Shown one piece after another: positions 55,479-64,000 of a stretch of 64,000 bases of DNA. Position numbers and translations under genes: made by a program. This DNA is from Tetramitus jugosus. Lineage: Eukaryota; Protista; Heterolobosea. The stretch covers positions 310,001-374,000 of the forward strand of contig OW569363.1 in NCBI GenBank assembly GCA_937625935.1, written 5' to 3'. The number at the start of each line of letters is the position of its first letter. The first letter of the stretch is position 1. The notes under the pieces are model-generated. The model ran no database searches. It was not told the origin of the DNA and saw only the letters and a program-made list of their open reading frames with translations.

Positions 55479-55702
55479 ATGAATCACATTTTTTGATACA
55501 GCATTACCTTCCTCGTTTCTTGTACACGTGCTATACTCGGGCCCTGTAATTCTCCCCGTTTAAGCGGAGATTCACACACCAAAAAAACTAGCTGTTGGAA
55601 GGAACAGAACTTCGCAACACACAAACACTGGCGAACAATTGTGTAAACAGAGGCGTGTGTTATGCTAGAAGACGACCAGCGAGCAGTTTGACCAACCACA
55701 AC

Positions 55703-57226
55703 ATGTATCCTCTTTCTGCCAACCATTCGTCATCGCAACAACAAGCTACTACCTCCTCCAGTGAAGAATTTGATCTTCTTCCTAACTTGTCCATCACAAC
55801 CAAGCCATCATCTACAACTATTGACAATGACCCAACTGTTGAGCTCAAACAAGAGAACATCAATGTAAAGAGTCCACTATTAAACTTGCCACTTCTTCCA
55901 CCGACTACCATTGGCAATAATAATATGAATGGTGATCATCCTCATCAATTGACTGAAAATGAACAAGAAGGAGCTTTCAAGCATTTGTTACAGTTGAGTG
56001 GCAATGAAATGTGTGCAGATTGTGGACAATTGAATCCTACATGGGCCTCAACCAATCTCGGTGTCTTTATTTGCATTACATGCAGTGGGTGTCATCGTCA
56101 AATGGGCACTCACATATCAAAAGTGAAGAGCATATCGTTGGATCGATGGAACAGTGTAGAGCTAAGACAAATGGACAAATTTGGAAACAAGAATGTGAAT
56201 GATAGAGTCTCAATACTGATGAGAGGAAGAGGATTGATTGAATCGATTGAACCGAATTGCACGAGAGAAGAACGAATGAATTTTATTGTGCAAAAGTATC
56301 ATTGCTATCATTCCTATTTGAGTAGTCAGAGTACGAATACGAATGGTGATAATAAGAGTGAGAGCGCGAATGATTCAGAGAGTGCGAATAATATGCTCCA
56401 CCATACTACATCTCCTCGAATTACAGTTTCAAAAACACCGAATCGACGACCACAAACAAATCGGAGTGACAATAACATTTCCATGGATTCTCTTGTAAAT
56501 AGTGATTTTGATTCGTCGTTTGTAACAGATAGTAGTAGCCAATTTGTTGATGTAGAAGGTGTTGAGGAGGTAATGCTGAATGATTCATTGGATAGTACAC
56601 TCTCTCCTGCACCCAGTTCTAATATACTTATGAGTCCAAACTCCATCTCGAAGAGAAAAGAGAGAGGTTTGATTAGTAGAGCCAAGTCATTTGTAGAGCG
56701 GAGGCGTGGAAAGCATCGGAGAAGTCAATCGAGTACTGAGATTGGTATGGTTGAGTTTCAGGGCATACTTGTTATCAACCTGAAGAGGGGGTACGATCTG
56801 TCCGCTCGAGATCCTTATTGCAAAATTTGGACGGGTCCTAATCCCGACAATCCATCAGACCTTTTCCATGGACAACTCATGAAATCAAAGGTGGTGAAGA
56901 AGTGCTCAAACCCAGAATGGAATGAAACCTTGACATGCTGTGTGTGTAATATTGAAACTGATGCCCTCTTCATCAAGTGTAAGGATGCAGACAGAGTTGC
57001 GATCAAAAATGGTATGTATTGGCTTATGATTCCTCCTTTGTTCTATGCCGAAAGTGATTGACTCACCTTCTTCTTATCATGTAAAGAACATGTGAGAGGT
57101 ACCAAAAGTATTCCTCTCGTTTTTCTCTCTAAATCGAGTGACCCGGTCCACAATATTAGGGTATCACTCGATGGTGTGAAGAGGGGAGAAATTGAACTGG
57201 AGATATCCTATCAAAAACTATTGTAA
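55703..57226 (+). CDS. ArfGAP + C2 domain protein (one intron starting near 57012)
   Basis: CADCGQLNPTWASTNLGVFICITCSGCHR ArfGAP zinc finger; C2 domain (GILVINLKRG...DPYCKI...NPEWNETL...GEIELEISY after splicing). Confidence 0.88.
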
Positions 57227-57353
57227 ATAACCGATTCGGAAAAAATTGAAATATATCAACGCTTAACCTAATTTAAATAAATTTTCCAAAAAAGGAACAA
57301 GACAACAAACTACGATTATCCCACCACACAACTTCTGATTTTAATATTTCTTT

Positions 57354-58894
57354 CTAGAAAATGGTTGCATATTCAAAAGGTCTGAAGCATGTGTATCTTG
57401 AAACACAGCTCATGTCTTGACCAGAAAACTTCTCCTTGATGGCACTCAAGTTGGAGCCACCAACATCTTGGAAGACGCGCAATACTTGAGCAATACAATG
57501 CTTTAGTTCGTGCACCGAGACACCAGCAACTTGCTTCAATGCCAGTGGCCAATGATGGGAGTTCATCACGAATAGAGCCACAACAACACAGGAAGCAGCA
57601 ACTACAGATGGTAAGAAACCAAGCATGTTGTATTTTTGAAGAGTAAGTTCAGACAAGAAATTAGCCATATCAGAAACAATCTTGTTGGCTCCTACTACCT
57701 TCAAAAAACGTTCAAGAAAGTCATAAGTAGTAACTACAGTGACATCGAATGAAAGTGCATTGAGAATCATGATTTCCATTCTTGGAATTTCCTCCCTGGT
57801 GTAGGTGTTGTCAGTGATGTAAACCAAATCATCCACTGAAGGGCAATCCATTTCAAAGTATTTACTATCAATAGAAAAAAAAGTGAGTGATGTTGTTCAA
57901 ATTACTATCTTAACAAGATACGAGTGAAAAGTGTACATACGCAGCAATCAATAAAGAGGTCACTCCAACTAATTGCAATCTACCTCGAGTGATTACCACT
58001 CTAGTCAAGTATCTATCAAGGATGTTCACTGCCAAGTAGAGTGTTTCTGGGCGCAAGGAGAACTCGCGAGCAACCTCAAAGAGCCAATCAACTAAAATTG
58101 CTCTCATGACATGGCTAATATCAGTTTGTATTCTTTCCATGTAATCAGAGTTTGGCTTGAGCTGACCTTCAGTGTCTTTCAAATGAGCAAAGATTTCAGC
58201 GGCAACACTTTCTTGAGCACTCATTGGTGGGGAGTGATCCATGAATTCATTCTCTTCTTCCTCTTCCTCCTCATCGTCAAAGTCATAGTCTGAATAGACT
58301 TCATCCTCGTCCAAATCTTCATCTTCTTCAGACAAAGTATCATTGCCCACTGGATGAGAGAAGGCTGGAGCAAGTTGAAGTCGTTGTTGGTCAAACAGTG
58401 CTTGAGGAGTGGTTGTTGAGCTAACAGAGGACACATGGCTTGATTGGGTTCCTTGAGCAGGGACAGATTGTTGTTGAGGGATTGGACCCTAATTGATTGT
58501 AAAAAAATTGTAAAGTTCAAAAAAAAAGCTACAAGTCAGAAAAATGGTCAACCAATCAAAAAAAATACAAGCAAAGACAAACCTTTGTAAAGAAAGAGAA
58601 GCGACTTTGCTCAGGTTGAGTCGTTCTCATGTTGTAGTGCAAGTTCGTGACATCATTCAATGCCCTTGCTTGTTGTTGTTGTTGTGTCACTTGTCCTGAA
58701 GCACAAAAACCTCCTAGGTTTTGAAAAGGGACATTCACACAACTAGGTTGTTGTACATGGTATACTGATGGACCATTCATACCAACACCATTCTTGTATT
58801 GGACTGGACGATGAATAGCATGAATATTGTTCTCGTTTTGGACTTGGTTTGGTTGAGCAAATGGGAACATTGCTCCATTAAAGTTAGGGTTCAT
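57354..58894 (-). CDS. A-type cyclin; exons 58894-58583, 58488-57941, 57864-57354
   Basis: MRAILVDWLFEV, ETLYLAVNILDRYL, LQLVGVTSLLIAAKY, YITDNTYT; D-box-like RALNDVTN. Confidence 0.92.
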
Positions 58895-59588
58895 TTTTTT
58901 GGGTCTTTTTTGTTAGGGATATCGACTTATCGATAATGTTTCTTATATATAGCTTATGGGGTTTTAAGCTTTTTTTCTTGTCACTGAGAGATATAGAGAG
59001 ATAGATAGGGTCTGTTTTTAAGTAAATAATAGGATGAGGAGAACACCACCTTTAAAGTTCCTGTTTGTGAAAAAGCCTTTGATAGAGAGATGCGATGACT
59101 TTTCTTGATGCAGCAAGACTTGAGAATCAGCTTGGGGAGCTCAGAAAAAAAAAGCACAGAAAGACCTTCAGAGAGGGAATATGTGAGAGAAAAATCCAAC
59201 AAAATGTACGTGTGAAGACACAGAATGTGGATTGATCACAGGAGGTGTGAATTAAGTTAATTGAAAAGGGGTAGGTTGTTAAGGGTGTGTTAGCTTTGGT
59301 GTTGTACTTGAGAGTAGTGAGAAGATGAATGCTTTTTTATGGGGCAGTGTGGAGAGGGATCGCTGGCTGGGAAGCTTGGTTGGAATGTTCGCTCCGCCCT
59401 TGGAAAAATGCACACGAGCGCTGAAAATTTTGCAATGGGAGGAGGAGAAATGATTTGTTTTGGGACTTTCTATTCATAGTGAATTGGGAGCGTCTTGTCA
59501 AAGAGTGTTCCCTGACAAGTCGATGGCATTGTTCTCCCTGTTTGGTCTCCCATGGGATTACATCCATTATCTCCACATTGTTTTGTAC

Positions 59589-60248
59589 CTAATCCTCATC
59601 GTCGTAGCTGGGCAACTGATCCATACTATAACCACTATCAGGTGAAAACACAATGTGGTAAATGATGAAAACAGAGTAAGCTCCTGGACAGAGCAACACT
59701 CCTCCTGCAACAAACCAACCAATTGCAAACTTTGGATCCTTGCATCTATTGACACACAGTAGGCCACAGACGGAAAAAAAGAGCCCCATGATAAACATGA
59801 CAAGTGAAGCAATCGTAGTTTTTCTTGGTAGAGAATGAACTCTGTCCCAAGCAGTCGCTGCAATCTTGTTAGCAAGGGCCTTCCGTCTTGGCAGCCGGTC
59901 TTTCTGCGTCGCAATTTTTCGGATTGAAATCTCTTTCTGGCAATTTGGGGGATGTTGTCTTCTGACATTCGTAGCCTGGTCAGATAGAAGGGGAGTTCTA
60001 GTTGGATCTTTTACGATAACACGATTCAGTTCTTCCTCGTAGTTCTCTTCACATTCATCTTCCAGGTCACTCATCATTTCATCCGATTCAGAAGAACCAA
60101 GAAGATCACTGTCATACGCTTCATCGTCTGTGTTTGTTGATCTCTGAGATTGTGCACTGGGGGAAGTATGCTTTCTGAGACGACTGCCAAAAGTTTGTTC
60201 TTGAGCGAGCAATGGCCGAATGGAAAAGTGGTCCTCTTCTTCTCGCAT
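59589..60248 (-). CDS. TMEM230/TMEM134-like two-TM protein
   Basis: Two C-terminal TM helices with LLCPGAYSVFIIY...GYSMDQLPSYD. Confidence 0.7.
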   Translation of the reverse strand: MREEEDHFSIRPLLAQEQTFGSRLRKHTSPSAQSQRSTNTDDEAYDSDLLGSSESDEMMSDLEDECEENYEEELNRVIVKDPTRTPLLSDQATNVRRQHPPNCQKEISIRKIATQKDRLPRRKALANKIAATAWDRVHSLPRKTTIASLVMFIMGLFFSVCGLLCVNRCKDPKFAIGWFVAGGVLLCPGAYSVFIIYHIVFSPDSGYSMDQLPSYDDED

Positions 60249-60317
60249 TATTTTCTTCTGTGGGTTCGTTTGTTGTGGTTCTGATCTGGTTGTGATTGTG
60301 TTTGGAGAATGAATTTT

Positions 60318-61031
60318 TTATAGCAATTTAAAGTTTTGGAAGAGTTGTTGATTGTTGGTATCGATCTTCTTTTTCTTGGAGTGATTGGGTGTGCTGTACG
60401 GCACGAGTTCTTTGAGTCCACTGCTTCTCTTCTTCCTGGAGATCTCTTGTTCGGGATTACAAACAACAAATGTCAAGGAGTTTTGTTGACTTGTATTGTG
60501 TGGCAAAGGAGCGTCTATAGTTGGTTGACCAGTTCGGACACTGACTAAAGGATGCCGAATGGAAATTGAGGACACCATATTTCCAGTCTGATCATGGTTA
60601 CTTTTGATGGCAGGAGGTTGCATCACGGAAGTCGAGTGGACAGGAATCATCTCAGGTGAGACAACATCCACGTGGACCTGCGAGCTCACCAGATAATGCA
60701 TAGGATGAGAGTTAGCAGAGATTGACTGATGATGGATTTTTATCTTTGTCAGGATGGGAAGAAAATGAACTTCTTCTGTGATTGGCAGCTGTGTTGTGCT
60801 CGTGCTATGTGTCATTGTATCATTGTGAAGTAAATGTTCGATGTCACTGCTACTCGAAAGGTCTTCCTGATCATCAGAGTTATAGTCTCCAAGACTGTCC
60901 AAATGCCGAAGATAGGCCAACCGCTTGAGGTGATCCTCAACTTGTTGAATCATTTGGTCGTCTATATCTAGTTTGAGATTAAGTGGCAGATATGTTGTAT
61001 TGGAGGGACAGACGAAATCACTATTTTCCAT
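60318..61031 (-). CDS. Hypothetical protein
   Basis: 237 aa ORF with a C-terminal NLS-like SKKKK; no recognised domain. Confidence 0.55.
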   Translation of the reverse strand: MENSDFVCPSNTTYLPLNLKLDIDDQMIQQVEDHLKRLAYLRHLDSLGDYNSDDQEDLSSSSDIEHLLHNDTMTHSTSTTQLPITEEVHFLPILTKIKIHHQSISANSHPMHYLVSSQVHVDVVSPEMIPVHSTSVMQPPAIKSNHDQTGNMVSSISIRHPLVSVRTGQPTIDAPLPHNTSQQNSLTFVVCNPEQEISRKKRSSGLKELVPYSTPNHSKKKKIDTNNQQLFQNFKLL

Positions 61032-61906
61032 CTGTTTCTTTTATTCAAATGAGAATGAGAAGGACAACAGTTATGTGATTATCAAGGTAATTGATAGTTG
61101 GTGTTGTATGGTGTGCGGTTGTTGGTGTGTTTGGTTTGTGGCTGTTGACCCACCTACCATTATCCCATTTGCGGACAAGTACTTCCTGATTTCGAAGAGG
61201 TCGTGGATGTATATCCTCTATTTGGAAACATTGATTTGTTATTTGTCTCTGTTGAATATTCGAAAAGTCGCGATCTCGCTTTGAGATGGAACAGAGGTTG
61301 CGGTCATGATTTATGTCAATACCCATTTCTTTTCCAATCAGATCAAAGATTGATTCATGGTTCGAATTCGCGACTACTTCTGTGTTTCTCCCCAATCCAT
61401 CATGATTTACTCTGACTATTGGAAACTCACTATTGTCTTCGGCAGTTAGACATCTCGCGGTTAAGATACGGTCCGTATATTATCGATGTAGATTATCAAT
61501 TTTTGGGCTCCTGAGATTGAATTCTTCCGTCAATTCTTGTCCTACAACTATTCAGACGCAGGCGAGAGGCGAACCTCGCTTCGTGTAAATCGAGCGAGAC
61601 AAGATTCTGGTAACTTGGTGTAACATTTTTACTTCCTATGGTTGAGTTCTTGTTTTTCGAGACCTTAACCACTGTTGCTTTCCAGTGAGATCTGCCTTTG
61701 ACTGCGAGTGCTGCTGTTTATGCTTTGTTAACGATTGCTTAATTGTCCATATCATTTGGAGCATAAATCAAGACCGCAATAAACCAAACCAGCGCTTTCA
61801 ATTGACTTGAATTTCTCCATTCCACAAATAAAACCAATCTTCCCATTTTGTTCAAACGAAGGAATGATGAACTTCACACAAACTCGAACAACTACCACGT
61901 AAAAAA

Positions 61907-62677
61907 ATGAACGCACGCCTGGAAGATTATGAGTGTGCTCTGTGTCTCAAATTACTTGTGAACCCTGTGGGTACTTCATGCGGGCACACATTTTGTCAAT
62001 TTTGCTTACAGCAGAGTATCGACGCTGCCATTAGAGACAGAGCATCAATTTTACAGTGTCCACTGTGTCGAACGCCTGTACTTGAACAATTGGATGAAAG
62101 TGCGGCCAATGTATTAAAACCAAATGTCGTACTTTCTCAATTGTTATCCAGCGTGTTTCCACAAGAGTATCAACAAAGAATTGAAGAAGTGAAGCAAGAT
62201 GCCGAAGAGTACAATCAAACTCAAATTATAGGTGAGAGTTTGTACATTGGAAATAGACATTCACTCCGGGCGAGAAGAGGAGATGAATCGGACAATGTTC
62301 ATGAGTGGACCTGCTTTGTTCGCATGGATACCAGCGAAAAGACTGAAAAGTATATTGACAAGGTGATTGTGGATTTACATCCAACATTTTCACCCAGTAG
62401 GATTACATTAAGTCGTCCACCGTTTGAGGTGAGAAGATTGGGTTGGGGAATTTTCCAGATCCACGTACAAGTGTTCTGGAAATCTTGCTATCAAAAACCG
62501 CCAGAGAAATTCTCTTGGCTGTTGTCATTTGACGGTGTCGGCGATTTCACCTCTCACGATGTTCAATTTGTAACAAGGAAAATTCCAGGTGCAATACAAC
62601 AACCTCAAGACAGTGACGAAACGGTTCAACCTCTAGATGATGTCGATGAAGATATGAGCGACTCTGATGGCGAATAA
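61907..62677 (+). CDS. RING (C3HC4) + YEATS domain protein
   Basis: CALC...CGHTFCQFC...CPLCR; HEWTCFVR...IDKVIVDLHPTF...PPFEVRRLGWGIFQI. Confidence 0.9.
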   Translation: MNARLEDYECALCLKLLVNPVGTSCGHTFCQFCLQQSIDAAIRDRASILQCPLCRTPVLEQLDESAANVLKPNVVLSQLLSSVFPQEYQQRIEEVKQDAEEYNQTQIIGESLYIGNRHSLRARRGDESDNVHEWTCFVRMDTSEKTEKYIDKVIVDLHPTFSPSRITLSRPPFEVRRLGWGIFQIHVQVFWKSCYQKPPEKFSWLLSFDGVGDFTSHDVQFVTRKIPGAIQQPQDSDETVQPLDDVDEDMSDSDGE

Positions 62678-62810
62678 TTTGGTTATTCGTTCGAAATTAG
62701 CTCAATGAGATATCTGTATCGTGGACGCTATTTATAGATGAGGCCTTGAGCTTGAAATAAAAGGTCAACCGAGTTGCGTAATACTTTGATCAACCAACAA
62801 ACAGAGCAAC

Positions 62811-64000
62811 ATGAAAACAGATAGTCAAAGCATAGAGACTGATAGACATCAGCAATCCCATTCCTCTCAAGGCAAATCAAAAGTTCACCAAAATTTTCAT
62901 ATTGAAGAAGTGTTGGATCATGAGAACCAACCTGAACCTTCTCGGACCAATCTCGTTCATCAGGTTCACATGAGTAAAGGAGCGAAGAACATTGATGGTA
63001 AAGGTCATCATCATGATAAGAGAGCCTTACAACATAGAATGGCAAAGAAACAGTTGGATGTCACTCCATATCGACAATTGTTTGAAGAGATGGGTGCAGT
63101 TCAGGTACCGTATGATACTTCTATGAAAGCCATAGTCAGATACTTTTGCAAAGAAGCAACATCAATTGATCCATTCTACATTGTGGATTTGTCTCATTTT
63201 GCACGACAATATCTGCAATGGGAGAAGTTTCTGCCTCGGGTGATACCGTTCTATGCAGTGAAAAGTAACCCAAGTGAACACGTTCTAAAAGTTATGTCTG
63301 AACTTGGTGGATGCTTTGATTGTGCTTCTCCAAATGAGCTTGATCTGGTCATGAAACATAGGGTAGATCCAGCAAAGAATATCGTGTATTCTCATCCTTG
63401 CAAACAAATAGAGCATATCAAGTATTTTAAAGAGAAAGGCGCTGAACTCACTGTTATCGACAATGAAGATGAGTTGTTGAAACTAAAGGAACATTGGCCT
63501 GAAGCACGTATTCTGATTAGAGTAAGAACAGACGACTCTCATTCTGAATCGCCATTCAGTACCAAGTTTGGTGCGAGTGAAAAAGTGGCAGAGATCTTGA
63601 TCAAGAGAGGAAGAGAGCTTGGATTGAATATCGTGGGTACATCTTTCCATGTTGGTAGTAGTTGTACCGATGCTGCAGTGTATGTGAAATCTATCCATTC
63701 TGCTCGTTGTGTTTGGGACATTGCTGAAACGAATGGATATCAATTTACTGTTTTGGATATTGGAGGTGGTTTCTCAGGACATGACTATGATAATCCAAGT
63801 TTCGCAGAGGTTGCCCAAGAAATTCACGGTTTACTGGATCAAAAATTTTCTGCAAATGTTAGGATTATCGGTGAACCTGGCAGGTACTTTAGTGCAGCCA
63901 GTACCGTTCTCGTCACGAACATTGTTGCAAGGAGAGTCCAAACATCTGAATATCGACAATCTTACACCGGATTAGATCAAGCAAGTGACACGAAACAGCT
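62811..64000 (+). CDS. ODC1: Ornithine decarboxylase (3' end beyond the window; missing from the ORF track)
   Basis: Manual translation from ATG 62811: PFYIVDL, PFYAVKSN (PLP Lys), FDCAS, HPCK, KFGA, SFHVGS, LDIGGGF, EPGRYF. Confidence 0.95.
   Translation, partial: MKTDSQSIETDRHQQSHSSQGKSKVHQNFHIEEVLDHENQPEPSRTNLVHQVHMSKGAKNIDGKGHHHDKRALQHRMAKKQLDVTPYRQLFEEMGAVQVPYDTSMKAIVRYFCKEATSIDPFYIVDLSHFARQYLQWEKFLPRVIPFYAVKSNPSEHVLKVMSELGGCFDCASPNELDLVMKHRVDPAKNIVYSHPCKQIEHIKYFKEKGAELTVIDNEDELLKLKEHWPEARILIRVRTDDSHSESPFSTKFGASEKVAEILIKRGRELGLNIVGTSFHVGSSCTDAAVYVKSIHSARCVWDIAETNGYQFTVLDIGGGFSGHDYDNPSFAEVAQEIHGLLDQKFSANVRIIGEPGRYFSAASTVLVTNIVARRVQTSEYRQSYTGLDQASDTKQ

Noticed and set aside
54264-55487. 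Long antisense ORFs over the peptide precursor (similar ones over PDHA1, HMGCL and the hydroxyacyl-CoA dehydrogenase)
   Set aside because: Expected shadows of strongly biased codon usage on the sense strand; no independent protein features
63709-63975. Separate ORF within ODC suggesting a frameshift
   Set aside because: The ODC frame from 62811 stays open to the window end; the track omitted it only because it has no stop codon in the window

Overview
Gene-dense eukaryotic nuclear DNA of roughly 40% GC. Intergenic gaps are very short, GT-AG introns are short and sparse, and poly-Q/N tracts are frequent. The 7TM-RGS, RGS-START and RWP-RK genes suggest a free-living protist, possibly a heterolobosean (inference). 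About 35 protein-coding genes are present, mostly housekeeping or mitochondrial (KRR1, RFC5, EXOSC6, PDH E1-alpha, HMGCL, malic enzyme, NAXD, TilS, cyclin A, ODC). The strongest unexplained signal is a secreted polyprotein at 54210-55478: a signal peptide, a short pro-region, then 10 tandem cysteine-free, cationic, amphipathic 28-33 aa peptides separated by acidic X-Ala/X-Ser dipeptide spacers. It is built like an animal antimicrobial or venom peptide precursor but sits in a protist genome. A second hotspot at 31835-33740 holds a convergent tRNA-Gln(CUG)/5S rRNA pair. An ORF1-only, A-tailed retroelement-like unit lies 29 bp upstream of the tRNA, followed by a deleted tandem copy that abuts a 5S 3'-end fragment. 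Also notable are a probable UUG start codon in RABL6, a spliced Rab-like GTPase-LRR-pseudokinase fusion and a RING-YEATS fusion. All calls come from manual reading; no database searches were run.
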